From a virus, in IMG/VR virus record IMGVR_UViG_3300042379_000679: DNA of 48,663 nt; one strand, written 5' to 3'. Both the position numbers and the translations under genes were made by a program. The notes below the pieces were generated by a model. The model ran no database searches, was not told where the DNA came from, and saw nothing but the letters and a program-made list of their open reading frames with translations. Shown piece after piece: positions 23,578 to 33,795 of this stretch (its first letter is position 1; every line of letters starts with the position of its first letter).

Positions 23578-25403
23578 TATGGTGCGACCCTGATATAGGT
23601 TTTCGATCTGTCCGGTCCACGCCCTGACGCTTCTGTGTAAGTCACTTCCATAGATATCGTGTAGTCTCCAGCAGTATCCCATTGGTGCTTGATGGGTGTA
23701 TCGAGGAAACAAGCGTCTGCAAGACCATCGCCCCAGTCGAGAGTGACAGTTTTTATGATTGAAGCTCCTCCGAAATCGACTCGAGGCAAGTAAGTCCATG
23801 GGACAAACGTGTAGGGATTTCCCACAGAACCTTTTACGGTGATATGGAATCCGCAAGTCGGCAGAAAATCCGTATTGTTTGGTCCGAATGGGATGCAGAC
23901 GAGATAGGCTTCATTTCCCTCTTCATCCATTGGACTTCCTTCGTGGTCGGGGTCTTTCTCTGATGGAGGAATCGGCAGGTCACCCCCATAGCCAGGGAAC
24001 AAGGATTTATCGGTCGCCTTCCATGGGATAGCGTTAGCCCTGTTGCCCCCAGTAATGTACGAGTCAGGACCGCTCCCGACAGATTGCCTGAAGTTGACTC
24101 CGATCAGAACTCCATCGTAGTACCAACTAATGTGAACGTACTTGTAGTGGTTCAGCGGTTCTTTAAAGTTGAAGATAAAGCCCATGCTATCGGCGTAAGT
24201 TGGATCGCACTCGATACCGTACTGATTGTGGTCAGGGTCAAATTCATGGACTGTCTTTCTGGGAATAGCTGTGGTGTAGACAGTCTCATCGGCAGGACGA
24301 TCCTCTTCTGTCTTCAGCATAACAGTGTAAGGGTCTGGAATGTTAAGCTGAGGAAGATTGGACGATGGGTCGTAGTCTCCAGGCAACTTTTTCCATGCTT
24401 TTGCCACGGCTTTAATATTAAACCTGTCCAGTCCTTTGTTCTGGTTGGCCTCGATCCATCGACCGATGTGAAAGTGGTGACCTCCGCTCAACTCAAAAGC
24501 AGATCCAAACACGGTGTTCCCGTTGTCGTCGAGACTTGATTCGCTGGTGCTATCGCCAAAATAACCGTCTTCACAAGGCGTTGAAAATGCATATCCGTAT
24601 GTAAGGAAGTTTCCAGATCCCAACGTAGCAAAAAACTTTTGACTGAGTTCTGGTTTGAGAACATGATCACCAAAGTGTGCATACCACCCATTAAGCCTGA
24701 TTCTTATAGCGTTGCGACCGTCAATTAGGATCAGATTGTCAGATCCAGGCTTAAGAAGAATGTTTGTTGCCTTACTAGGTAAGATGTAAGATCCGTATTC
24801 AGAACTCCAGTCTCGAATCCCAGGAAACCTCCCATGCAGCATGACGCTGCATTTACCTGACAAGCTAAACCGAAGTTGGTGGTTAATCTTGTTCAAGCTG
24901 TCGCCCTGGGGGCCATACAAATAACTCATCCGTATCGGACCTGGGAAACGATTCCATGATACTGGAACGAAATTTCCATTTGAATCTACGTACGACTCAA
25001 CCGTTTCGCCAAACGAGTGTCCCTCGAACTCAGTTAAACCCCTGAACAGGTAATCAAGACCAAAAAACTCTTCACCGTCGTGTACTGGAGGATTTACAAA
25101 TTGAGGCCTGTTGTACCAGTACTCTGTGAGGTCTTTCCACCCGCTACGATTCGTGCCGGGATTCAGTTCGGACTGCTGGGTTACGTTGAGGTCAATCTGC
25201 GATGTCGAAGCAGAGGCTTGGAAGTACCAACCCGACCACCCGCGAAACTGGTAGACCTTGGAATCTCCGTTCAAGTCCTGAGCTGAAACCCGCCCGATTT
25301 TAAAGTCCTGAATGTGCGTTATAGCATCCTTGTCAGGGATCGAGGGGTTGACGTAGTATTGACCTGTGTCAGGATCGACTAGATCGATATAACCAAATTC
25401 CAT
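23577..25403 (-). CDS. Distal tail / receptor-binding protein with a C-terminal PKD-like domain
   Basis: 608 aa. The C-terminal TLDWGDGLADA...HQWDTAGDYTISMEV fits the PKD pattern. It lies downstream of the tape measure. Confidence 0.7.
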   Translation of the reverse strand: MEFGYIDLVDPDTGQYYVNPSIPDKDAITHIQDFKIGRVSAQDLNGDSKVYQFRGWSGWYFQASASTSQIDLNVTQQSELNPGTNRSGWKDLTEYWYNRPQFVNPPVHDGEEFFGLDYLFRGLTEFEGHSFGETVESYVDSNGNFVPVSWNRFPGPIRMSYLYGPQGDSLNKINHQLRFSLSGKCSVMLHGRFPGIRDWSSEYGSYILPSKATNILLKPGSDNLILIDGRNAIRIRLNGWYAHFGDHVLKPELSQKFFATLGSGNFLTYGYAFSTPCEDGYFGDSTSESSLDDNGNTVFGSAFELSGGHHFHIGRWIEANQNKGLDRFNIKAVAKAWKKLPGDYDPSSNLPQLNIPDPYTVMLKTEEDRPADETVYTTAIPRKTVHEFDPDHNQYGIECDPTYADSMGFIFNFKEPLNHYKYVHISWYYDGVLIGVNFRQSVGSGPDSYITGGNRANAIPWKATDKSLFPGYGGDLPIPPSEKDPDHEGSPMDEEGNEAYLVCIPFGPNNTDFLPTCGFHITVKGSVGNPYTFVPWTYLPRVDFGGASIIKTVTLDWGDGLADACFLDTPIKHQWDTAGDYTISMEVTYTEASGRGPDRSKTYIRVAP

Positions 25404-25464
25404 GATGCCACCAAACCCGAATAAGCTGACAGGCCAGCCTGGGTCTTGCGGAGCTTTGCACCCT

Positions 25465-25923
25465 CTAGGAAAAAAAAAATAAAACCCCGGTGTGAGGATC
25501 TCGGGTTACTGGGTAAACCGTACTGACGTATTTTACAGAGGAATTTCCTAAAGTCCCCTCTGCGGTTATCGGTATCCTCTGCGTGGGATCAAAATTGTAA
25601 ACCGGATCAAAAGAGAAATGCCCGCTTCGAGAGGACGACTTCCTCCAACTGCCAGCCCCTTGATCAAACTGCACCTCTGTCCATGAGTACCTGTAGATCA
25701 CCCTGCCGGATGCAAAACTCTGGTCAACCTGTTCAGCGTTTTCTTCGTCAATCGAGACCCAGAATGATTCAACACCAGATACATCTGGTTGTACCGACCC
25801 GAATGTCGATCCGCTTTTAACGTATGAGCCAGGACCGTAATAGCCTGTAGTGTTTGTGCTTGCCGAGTTCCGGTTCAGCTTGGAGGCCGAAAGTGGTTCG
25901 CCAGCCCTAAATCGATCAGTCAT
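25465..25923 (-). CDS. Hypothetical tail protein (152 aa)
   Basis: It lies immediately after the tape measure. Confidence 0.65.
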   Translation of the reverse strand: MTDRFRAGEPLSASKLNRNSASTNTTGYYGPGSYVKSGSTFGSVQPDVSGVESFWVSIDEENAEQVDQSFASGRVIYRYSWTEVQFDQGAGSWRKSSSRSGHFSFDPVYNFDPTQRIPITAEGTLGNSSVKYVSTVYPVTRDPHTGVLFFFS

Positions 25924-25925
25924 GT

Positions 25926-28736
25926 TTATGCCCCTAGATAAGCAACCTTGCCGCCACTGAGCAGCGAGTTTACGCTTGCGGTTTCGGTAAGTTTTTGAAG
26001 GTAAGTTGCCATTTCAGCCGTGTTTGCAGCAGTCTCTTCGGCAGCGTTTAGCCCTCTATCAGAACCAGCGATCTCGTCTCGGAATGCCGCAGGAGAGAAG
26101 TAGGTCGAAAGTCGGCCTTGCATAGCCATCGGCGGGAGCGGTTGGAACTTGGCTTCGCGTTCTGTGGACATGGTGATGAATTTCATGACTTCCTTGTACA
26201 TTTCGGAGTCAGGGACATCGGGCAATCCCTTGCTGAAGAACTCTTTAAGATCGTCGATACTTCTAATGTTTTGAAATGATTCGGCCAACTTCATAAGCCT
26301 GTCGCCAACTCCACTGCCAGCCGTATCCTGTGTGCCGTAGACGAATGACCGAGGGCTTCCTGCTGAAACAGCATTGATTCTAGCCTGAGCCTCAATAACG
26401 GCTTTTGACATACCAGGAAGTTTCGTACCAGGTCTTGCGATCAACCCTCGGTTTTCACGATTTAGCCTTATCGACCCTTCGACAAGTTGTTGATCTGCAT
26501 AGAACTTTTTATCTGCTTCCTTCTGGGCGGGAGACTGGTATCCTGTTTGTCGAGCAATGAACTCCGAGATGGAGATAATCGTGTTGCCCATATCCTTTAA
26601 GGCTACTTCAAACCCGCCAAATGACTCAATAATCTTAATGAAAACGCCTGTCATCTTCAGGCTGAAGACAACGAGGTCCCTTGCTATGGTGAGAATTTGA
26701 ATTCCAAACGCTTTGCCATACTCCATGATCGTGCTTCTGGCGTTATATGCGGCTTGCCCAAAAGCGTAGATATAGTCACCAGCACGCGAGATCGCGTAGA
26801 CAAAAGATGTCAAGGCAGTTCCAAACCCACCTCCAGTGCCTCCAGCACGCATATCTTCAATTGACGCTTTAGCACCTTCCGCAAACCCTTTGAGTTTGTC
26901 GTATACGGTAGTCAACAGAGTGTTGCTGACAATTAACAAGCCCTTGGCAAAAGGCTCAACAACACGCCCCAACTGAACGAACATGCCCTCGAACAGACCG
27001 AGAATCTTACGCTGCTGGTTGGCAAATTCGTACTGCGTTTTCTCTAAGTCACCTGTGAACGGCATCGTTTGACGCTTGAATTCTGAGAGCATCGACATCG
27101 TCCGGCCTTCAAACATCGTCCCAGGCTTGCCCCGTGAGGCATCGTTCTTTGTGATCTGGTCCAGCATTGGAGCAGACATTGTTACGCCCATCCGTCTACC
27201 TGGCGTAAACCTTCCAGCAATCATTGACTGGATCATCTTGCCCATGTCATCGACTGAAAGGTTTAACACTGATCCTGCTTCTGCGACCTGTTTGAAAATA
27301 TCCACGGCAGCCTGGGCCGACTCATCACTGGAAAGCGATGTTGTTTGGCGAACCTGTCCTGCGATACGAGTCATAAGCCTAAGCGAGTCGGTTGCCGAGA
27401 TCCCGTATCTGGACTGGTAGTCCATCGAAGTGTCGATCAGCTTGCCGGAACCCTTACCCACGTAAACCTTTGCGGCGTTCTCTAATTCTGTCAGGGTAGA
27501 TGCGGCTTGCACGGCTCGGGAGAGAATTCCGCTCACACCAAGAGTCAAGTTCGTAACGAAGTTAATAATCCCGCCCACGGCTTTGGAAAGCGAGTCCACG
27601 AAAAAGGTTAACGCCTTGGAGGCGATATCTAAGCCTGTCATCAATCCTTGGCCGAGCATGGAAACAAATGGGCCGATTACGGGGATTGCACTGCCTAAGG
27701 ATGTGGCAAACGAAAGACCGATCTGTGTGAAACCTGTCAAGGCTCGAACAGAGTCTGTACCAGCGGAAGTGATACCCTTGAATAGACCTTCGACGCCACG
27801 ACCAGCAGAGTAAACAGCATTGTTCATGATGTTCGCAGCATCGCCCAGAGCAAACGGATTGCGTTCCGAGCCTGGAAATGGCCGCTGAAATACTCGGAAA
27901 CGGCTCATCAGGGGCATCTGACCGGGATTGCCGAAGCGGGAAACCATGAGCGGATTGCCCGAGCCACCGCCAAGTAAGCCTTTGGCTGATTGGAAGTCAA
28001 AGAGATTCTTGAGACCGAGCTTGCGTCTCCATGCACTTGTTGCAAGATTGCCGATAGTATTGCTGGCAGAAGAGTCTGAGATCAGCTTGTTGCGAGACTT
28101 TCTTGCCATCTCTTCTTGCTGTGCCGCGACCCTTTCACTGGCTTTTGCTGCCCTCTCTGCTGCTTTAGCGTCACGTTCCTTGGCTCTGGCGATTGATGCG
28201 TCGTATCGTTTCTGGGCTATGCCTTGGTCGATTGGACCAACAAAGTAAGCCGACCCTTGCCGACCTTTCAGCTTTTCAACATACAGTGCATCCTTTGCAG
28301 CTTTCATCTCCATTTTTTTATTGAACTTATCCGCTTGAAGCATGGCATGGAGACTGGAAGCGAAGTTGTTCTTGAGGTCGGAGGCAGGATTCCTAAAGTA
28401 CCCAGTGTCAGAACTGATCCAGAACCCACTCTTATCTTTGCTTTTACCTCCACCTCCACCTGAACCTCCTCCAGATCCACCACCAGAGAGAACCTTGATC
28501 GACCCGATTCCTTTGAGTCCTTTGAGGGCTGTGGCGAGACCATCGGCGCGGATTCTGGCGACTGCGAGTTTACCGTTCAGGGCATCCAGAGAAGAAAACA
28601 GCTTTGATCCACTGAAGTTAAGCTGAAACATCGAATCAATCTTGGCGTTGGCTTTCGCTGCTACCCTGTTGATCGTGGAGAGAGCTTTAGTCAGTTCGCC
28701 GAAGTCTGATCCCGTGATATTGACAGAGTTTGACAT
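25926..28736 (-). CDS. Tail tape measure protein
   Basis: 936 aa. It is Ala/Gly/Ser-rich and helical with hydrophobic segments and a SGGGSGGGSGGGGG tract. It is the largest gene in the tail module. Confidence 0.85.
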   Translation of the reverse strand: MSNSVNITGSDFGELTKALSTINRVAAKANAKIDSMFQLNFSGSKLFSSLDALNGKLAVARIRADGLATALKGLKGIGSIKVLSGGGSGGGSGGGGGKSKDKSGFWISSDTGYFRNPASDLKNNFASSLHAMLQADKFNKKMEMKAAKDALYVEKLKGRQGSAYFVGPIDQGIAQKRYDASIARAKERDAKAAERAAKASERVAAQQEEMARKSRNKLISDSSASNTIGNLATSAWRRKLGLKNLFDFQSAKGLLGGGSGNPLMVSRFGNPGQMPLMSRFRVFQRPFPGSERNPFALGDAANIMNNAVYSAGRGVEGLFKGITSAGTDSVRALTGFTQIGLSFATSLGSAIPVIGPFVSMLGQGLMTGLDIASKALTFFVDSLSKAVGGIINFVTNLTLGVSGILSRAVQAASTLTELENAAKVYVGKGSGKLIDTSMDYQSRYGISATDSLRLMTRIAGQVRQTTSLSSDESAQAAVDIFKQVAEAGSVLNLSVDDMGKMIQSMIAGRFTPGRRMGVTMSAPMLDQITKNDASRGKPGTMFEGRTMSMLSEFKRQTMPFTGDLEKTQYEFANQQRKILGLFEGMFVQLGRVVEPFAKGLLIVSNTLLTTVYDKLKGFAEGAKASIEDMRAGGTGGGFGTALTSFVYAISRAGDYIYAFGQAAYNARSTIMEYGKAFGIQILTIARDLVVFSLKMTGVFIKIIESFGGFEVALKDMGNTIISISEFIARQTGYQSPAQKEADKKFYADQQLVEGSIRLNRENRGLIARPGTKLPGMSKAVIEAQARINAVSAGSPRSFVYGTQDTAGSGVGDRLMKLAESFQNIRSIDDLKEFFSKGLPDVPDSEMYKEVMKFITMSTEREAKFQPLPPMAMQGRLSTYFSPAAFRDEIAGSDRGLNAAEETAANTAEMATYLQKLTETASVNSLLSGGKVAYLGA

Positions 28737-28739
28737 GGA

Positions 28740-30380
28740 TCAGCCCTCTATTGTTATTTCTGGGTCGAATTGGACTTTGTCGCCCACCATCCCGTAGTAA
28801 AGAAGGTTCTTAAATTCCTTGTACGGATAAGGGTATACGGCTTGAAAATCGTCTGCTCCTGCCATTCTTACTCGGAAAACACGTCTGCCTCCGGCGGCTG
28901 GAAGCATTTGCACTACGTAGCCAGTATTAAATGATGGAGTGCTAGTATCCGCAGGGACTTCGTTTACATTGAATGCAACTGTGACTGGAGCGGTCTTTCT
29001 GCTGTACCACTTGGCTACCGAGTCTGGTATTGGCTGATAATCGCCCGTATATCTCGTCTGGTTCCATTCCATGTTAGGATTAACTATAAATTCGTGCGAA
29101 ATTTCGTAGCCAATCTTCCCCGTGATCGGACTTGTAGATTCAGTGATCTCTGCGGAATTATATAATACTCTGCCCCTAGAATACCCCAAGAAAGATTTCT
29201 TGTTGACACATCCGATGTACAGACCCTCAGGTGTTAATAGGGGGCCAACTTCTCCGGCAAATCCCGTTGTGCTATTCAAGTCTAACTGTTTAGGATTACC
29301 GATAGGACCGGCGTTTAACAAGTCTTTGAGGCTAACCCACGGGTATGACACCTTGAAAGTGATCTGAGGTTCTCTGACAGGAAATCCTGTTGATATTGGT
29401 TGAATCCATTCAGGCTTACCCATGTAATCGACGGGTGCGAGCTTGTTCATATTGCCTGGGTCGGACTGGTCTCCACCTGGAGTTCCTTTACGAATCACGA
29501 TCACGTTAGGATCTATGAGGGTAAACTCCGGTTGCCCGTCAGACCTGGTGGGGACAACTCCCATTGGTACGTTCTTCAGCGACTCCATTCGTAACGAAGG
29601 CTGTATGTCGATTTTTGCGTAACGAATTCCATATCTGTTCTGATACGGATCAGGTTGCCAAGTGATATTGATTTGCCAAAACTGAGATCGGATACGTGGA
29701 AACGGTTGCTGATAGTTCTTTAAGAAGTCTGTTTCTATTCCATTTGTGGTCGTCATACGGAGTTGCTGCTGAACCATTCGGGTAAACTCAAGAACATCGG
29801 CATTATCCTTGTCCCATCGAGTCGTATCCCCGGTGTTGGACATTACTCCAAGCGAAGTCCGAGTCCCCGTGTCAGACACAGTCTTGGATTCCGACTGCGA
29901 GTCGAGTAGATCCGTTCTCGGTATAAGCTCAATATCCGTAATGACTAGATTTCTGTACTGGTTCTTTCCATGGCTGCGAAGGTCTTTATCGTTGGCAATA
30001 TCCGTATCCCAGAACTTATTGTAGTAAGAGTAACGCTCGCGATTCCAACTCAGCATTTGCCTGAGGACAACAGGTAGGTACGCTACGACAGCCTTCTCGG
30101 TAGGACGACCATCTTCACTGTCTGCTATAACCTTGCACTTCCATGGGGCAACCCACGACTGCTGGCAACTCGTCAATCCGTTTTTGCCGTAACCTACACG
30201 CCAGCCAGTCATATCGGGAAACCAGTAGCGAGTGTGCGACTGAATGATCCCTGGGTCGAGCCATGAAATATCTACATCGTTTGGTTCGTCTGGAATTTTA
30301 TCAATTTGATTGTATGGGATACCATCTACAGTAGTCGGGGTCGGAGGATTGATTATCCAAAAGGGGGTTGGGTCAGCCAT
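28740..30380 (-). CDS. Hypothetical virion protein (546 aa) between the chaperone genes and the tape measure
   Basis: A long ORF with tight packing and no motif recognised. Confidence 0.75.
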   Translation of the reverse strand: MADPTPFWIINPPTPTTVDGIPYNQIDKIPDEPNDVDISWLDPGIIQSHTRYWFPDMTGWRVGYGKNGLTSCQQSWVAPWKCKVIADSEDGRPTEKAVVAYLPVVLRQMLSWNRERYSYYNKFWDTDIANDKDLRSHGKNQYRNLVITDIELIPRTDLLDSQSESKTVSDTGTRTSLGVMSNTGDTTRWDKDNADVLEFTRMVQQQLRMTTTNGIETDFLKNYQQPFPRIRSQFWQINITWQPDPYQNRYGIRYAKIDIQPSLRMESLKNVPMGVVPTRSDGQPEFTLIDPNVIVIRKGTPGGDQSDPGNMNKLAPVDYMGKPEWIQPISTGFPVREPQITFKVSYPWVSLKDLLNAGPIGNPKQLDLNSTTGFAGEVGPLLTPEGLYIGCVNKKSFLGYSRGRVLYNSAEITESTSPITGKIGYEISHEFIVNPNMEWNQTRYTGDYQPIPDSVAKWYSRKTAPVTVAFNVNEVPADTSTPSFNTGYVVQMLPAAGGRRVFRVRMAGADDFQAVYPYPYKEFKNLLYYGMVGDKVQFDPEITIEG

Positions 30381-30570
30381 TTACAATTCTCCGGTATAGA
30401 TCTGGATCAACTTCGCCTGGCGGGATCGTGTTTTCGGACATGAGAGCAGCGATCTGTAAAGGAGTTAAATCAAGAACCTCATGGAAGGACATATGTCCAT
30501 CGACAACGAGATTCTTGATCAACTTCTGATAATTCATTCCTGAATCACCTTTATGCGAACCGCTGCTCAT
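30373..30570 (-). CDS. Tail assembly chaperone T segment, expressed as a GT fusion by a -1 frameshift and/or alone from its ATG
   Basis: The -1 frame entered at CCCAAAA reads ...PKSGMSSGSHKGDSG, which is this ORF. Confidence 0.6.
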   Translation of the reverse strand: MSSGSHKGDSGMNYQKLIKNLVVDGHMSFHEVLDLTPLQIAALMSENTIPPGEVDPDLYRRIVNG

Positions 30571-31028
30571 TCCGCTTTTGGGTCGTTGTCTGGATCTTCT
30601 CCAGAGACAGCAATGGCGGCAATCCGCATGAATTCTGCGTAGGAGAGTTCCCCATACAGATCTTCAATCGTGGAATCAGAGACACCTTCGTTACGACCGA
30701 TTGCGGCTTTTAAGAGTGCCTTCTGGCCTTCGTCTGAGTTGACCAGTAATTGCAAACCTTCGGGGGATGCCACCGGAGTCGGATAGAAAAGATCAGCTTT
30801 CAGGGCTTCTTTCATGACATCTCCCGCAACTTGTTTATCCATTCCGATGACCAGCTTTTTGGCCTTTTCTGATGGGAATGGTTGCAGTTTGCGGATGATT
30901 GCCTGAAGAACGCCCTGATCGCGAAGTGTAAGCTGACGAACCCGAAAGGTCGCCCCTGCCATCTTGACTTCGATTCCAGAGTTAGCCAATTTGTCGATGT
31001 AAAATGCTTCTGACATAGTGAATCCCAC
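30567..31028 (-). CDS. Tail assembly chaperone G
   Basis: 153 aa and acidic. It lies after the major tail gene and carries the slippery site near its 3' end. Confidence 0.7.
   Translation of the reverse strand: MGFTMSEAFYIDKLANSGIEVKMAGATFRVRQLTLRDQGVLQAIIRKLQPFPSEKAKKLVIGMDKQVAGDVMKEALKADLFYPTPVASPEGLQLLVNSDEGQKALLKAAIGRNEGVSDSTIEDLYGELSYAEFMRIAAIAVSGEDPDNDPKAE
30576..30582 (-). promoter_or_regulatory. -1 programmed frameshift slippery heptamer C-CCA-AAA
   Basis: X-XXY-YYZ pattern 7 nt before the stop codon of the G gene. The position between the major tail gene and the tape measure region is canonical. Confidence 0.6.
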
Positions 31029-31046
31029 CTTTCAAGTGGATAGTGA

Positions 31047-31655
31047 TTAAGCGGAAGGAGCGGGAGCCAAAGCCCCGACAGCCACATACCCTTGGACTAT
31101 CTGCTTGCCAGACAATTCAACGCTCATAGAGACTTTAACTGCGTCGTCTGGGCTAATCGTTACAGATCCAGTTTTAAAGAATCCGTTAGGAAGCTCTTTA
31201 AGGTTTTGAATGTCTGCTATGAGAGCAAACGGGATCTCTGGGTCTAAAGTCGTTTCGACGCCAAAGAAGTTTTCATCTGGATTTTGAAGGGAATAGACGA
31301 AAGCAACGCACGGTTCGCCGAGGTACTGCATGATGTCATGCTTGTTTCGGGCTGTGGTTGGATCAAAGGTCATACCAGGACCGGGAGTCTGATTCACAGA
31401 CGAGGCGATGTAGCCTGTAAAACTGAGAGTCCCAGACTTTAGTCCAGGAAGTTTAACCTTCCATCCATTCTGACAATTAGAGTTAATCTCAATAGTATCT
31501 GTGTCCAGGGAAAGCGTCCCTTCGGAAATACAGATGGAAAACCCTACGTCATAGGTGCTTGCTGCTGAGGTCAGGCCGCGAAAGTAGAGTTCTACAAAGC
31601 TGTTACGCCCTAGTGCGTATTTGTCAACTGGCGTTGGTCTTGGTGTTACTGCCAT
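31047..31655 (-). CDS. Major tail (tube) protein
   Basis: 202 aa. It lies directly upstream of the G/GT pair. Confidence 0.6.
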   Translation of the reverse strand: MAVTPRPTPVDKYALGRNSFVELYFRGLTSAASTYDVGFSICISEGTLSLDTDTIEINSNCQNGWKVKLPGLKSGTLSFTGYIASSVNQTPGPGMTFDPTTARNKHDIMQYLGEPCVAFVYSLQNPDENFFGVETTLDPEIPFALIADIQNLKELPNGFFKTGSVTISPDDAVKVSMSVELSGKQIVQGYVAVGALAPAPSA

Positions 31656-31676
31656 CGGAGTCTCCTTGGTGGGATA

Positions 31677-32045
31677 TTAGTGTCTGACTCGGAATTCCAA
31701 AGTCGCAGTCCATATGCGGTTGCCTGTAAGGTTGGGCTGTTCGCTGTAAGAGGTGGCTCGATTGAGCAGTGTCATGTCAGCAACCCCGTCAAATTTCTTG
31801 CGGTCATAAGTCTGGATCGCTACCGAAGCCAGAGACTCGCAGTTTGCAAGTGTTGTGTGAGCCACGCTCAATTGCAGAAGAGACTCCGTCCAGAGTATCG
31901 CGTTTCCGCTGAGTGTCACCTGATTGCTTTGCACCACGTTGAGTGCGGCATAAGGTGGGAACAAGCCTTCAGGAATAGCCCCGACATACATCGGAGCTAC
32001 TGAATAAGCTGTCCAGCGGTTGACGATCTGGGCAAATGGAATCAT
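31677..32045 (-). CDS. Tail terminator / completion protein (positional call)
   Basis: 122 aa, between the gp10-like gene region and the major tail gene. Confidence 0.5.
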   Translation of the reverse strand: MIPFAQIVNRWTAYSVAPMYVGAIPEGLFPPYAALNVVQSNQVTLSGNAILWTESLLQLSVAHTTLANCESLASVAIQTYDRKKFDGVADMTLLNRATSYSEQPNLTGNRIWTATLEFRVRH

Positions 32046-32605
32046 CGTTGGTAGGCGATTGTCACAACGGCATCGGCTGTGGAGTTAGCTGTGGCACACG
32101 TCAAAGTGAAGTTGGCTGCGGTGACAGCGATTCCATCCAGAGGTGCGCCAATCTGTGCGTATCCGTAAGACGGAACCTTGATGATGTCGCCCGTAGCACC
32201 TGTCAGGTTGTCAAAGACAAAATTGATCGGCACATTGGAGTTGTTCTTGACGCTGACAGAGTTGACCTTAGAGATCGTGCCAGTGTTACAAAACAAGTCT
32301 GGGAATGAACTGAGCGATACGGTAGTTGTCGCATTGGCCGCGATGCCCGTATAAGTCTTCTTGAAGATGCGGTCGGCGTACATCTGGGTGAGTTCTGTCG
32401 CTGTAGGCGAGGCGGGAACCCCTGTGGATGGCCGAGTGACGGATGATAGTGAGTTTGACTGAGTGACCGTGGATGTGCTATTCACATCAGAATCGGTCAG
32501 AGTCATGCTGGTAGACGCGCTGATTACGCCGGAAGCTGTGATGGGCATGGAGGTTCCCCCTGTAGTAGTACCGTTACCTGTTTCAGATCCAATTGAGGTT
32601 GGCAT
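32042..32605 (-). CDS. Hypothetical Ser/Thr-rich virion protein (187 aa)
   Basis: ATGA-type overlap with the downstream gene. Confidence 0.6.
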   Translation of the reverse strand: MPTSIGSETGNGTTTGGTSMPITASGVISASTSMTLTDSDVNSTSTVTQSNSLSSVTRPSTGVPASPTATELTQMYADRIFKKTYTGIAANATTTVSLSSFPDLFCNTGTISKVNSVSVKNNSNVPINFVFDNLTGATGDIIKVPSYGYAQIGAPLDGIAVTAANFTLTCATANSTADAVVTIAYQR

Positions 32606-32620
32606 TTACGAGACCCGCCT

Positions 32621-33472
32621 CTAGAGACGATTTTTGTTGTCGGAAATGTACGGAACACGAAGACCACGGTTGTAAGTGACCTTGAGGGTCGCTTTATCTG
32701 CGAGCGATTTAAAGGCAGCTGGAAGTTTGTCTCTCAGGTAGGCCTTGTAGACTCCCTCCAGTTCCTTTGCGGTATCAGGCCAAGCCAGTCGTGATAGATA
32801 GGGTCGTGATGGATTCCATTTTGGGCCTTCCCGCTTCTCGCTCTTGGGGACAGACTGCCGTTTGATTTTCTGGCCCGAACCTTCGCTTTTAGGTCGTTTG
32901 TCGCCAAACCCGTCGTTCCCCTTGGAATACCAACCCGTTTCCAGGTAAAAGCTGTAATACTCAAGGCGACTGCGTTCAGATCTGTCTACAGCCCGAGGAT
33001 TCACTTGAATGATTCGAGTTCCAATGGACTTGTTCTGTCGGGCTGGGTAGGGCGTAATGGCCGAGTTGTCGCTGAAACCTTCTCTTTGGATCTTATCTCG
33101 CCATGCGTAATCTGCTGGCTTCTTGGCGGCAAATCTCTTCTCGTCGCTGGCAGAATTGCTGGCTGGTCCTGGGAATTGACGGGATTCTACGCCCCTTCGC
33201 CAGTGGATTGAATCTTGGAGAGTTCCCGTTCTGCGTGCAGGGGCTTCGCCTGGTTGAGAGGACGGTGGATACTTTTCGCCCAATGATGTCTTTACTATTC
33301 GTACGGCATGTCTTGCGACAGCATCCAAGGCAGCGGAGTTAATCTTTTGAACCTGATTATTGTCTGAGATCCACTGCTTCGAGGCCTTTTGGGGCATGCT
33401 CTGGCTGGAACCGGACGTTACGCCGCTCTTTGCGATCTGATTAATCAGTTTCATTGCGGAGTTAATATCCAT
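32621..33472 (-). CDS. HK97 gp10-like neck/tail component (283 aa)
   Basis: PGEAPARRTGTLQDSI matches the gp10-family core. The ATG at 33472 overlaps the upstream TGA. Confidence 0.6.
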   Translation of the reverse strand: MDINSAMKLINQIAKSGVTSGSSQSMPQKASKQWISDNNQVQKINSAALDAVARHAVRIVKTSLGEKYPPSSQPGEAPARRTGTLQDSIHWRRGVESRQFPGPASNSASDEKRFAAKKPADYAWRDKIQREGFSDNSAITPYPARQNKSIGTRIIQVNPRAVDRSERSRLEYYSFYLETGWYSKGNDGFGDKRPKSEGSGQKIKRQSVPKSEKREGPKWNPSRPYLSRLAWPDTAKELEGVYKAYLRDKLPAAFKSLADKATLKVTYNRGLRVPYISDNKNRL

Positions 33473-33795
33473 CAGGATGTCTCCACTACGCATTCAGCGG
33501 TTGTGTGATGGCTCAAAGAATTCCAGTCATTACATCTTACCACGTTATAAACATATGTTCCAACCTTTATCTGATTGCGTGCCGTAAGGTTACGCGAGCC
33601 TTTAAGCAGGATGTTATGCGTTGCAGCAGAACCGTCTTTGGCATCTTCACGGTCAACACCACCGGATCTAGGCTGGACAAGGCATTTGACTGTCAGAACG
33701 GGTATCCAGGATTGATACACGCCGCCCTGAACATCCTTTAGGGATTGCAGTTCGCTGATTACGGCTGTCTGGTTGAGGAAGTCGTCAAATGCCAT
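33472..33795 (-). CDS. Head closure / head-tail adaptor protein
   Basis: 107 aa, after the connector. Confidence 0.55.
   Translation of the reverse strand: MAFDDFLNQTAVISELQSLKDVQGGVYQSWIPVLTVKCLVQPRSGGVDREDAKDGSAATHNILLKGSRNLTARNQIKVGTYVYNVVRCNDWNSLSHHTTAECVVETS

Noticed and set aside
23233-23856. 207-aa ORF as called in the track
   Set aside because: Its first 93 codons overlap the 3' end of the 608-aa tail gene in another frame. The internal ATG at 23577, coupled to that gene's stop, is the likely start.
25926-28736. Multiple 60-115 aa ORFs antisense to or out of frame within the tape measure and other large virion genes
   Set aside because: They are fully nested in long, well-supported genes, have no RBS and have a biased composition. 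They are typical shadow ORFs.
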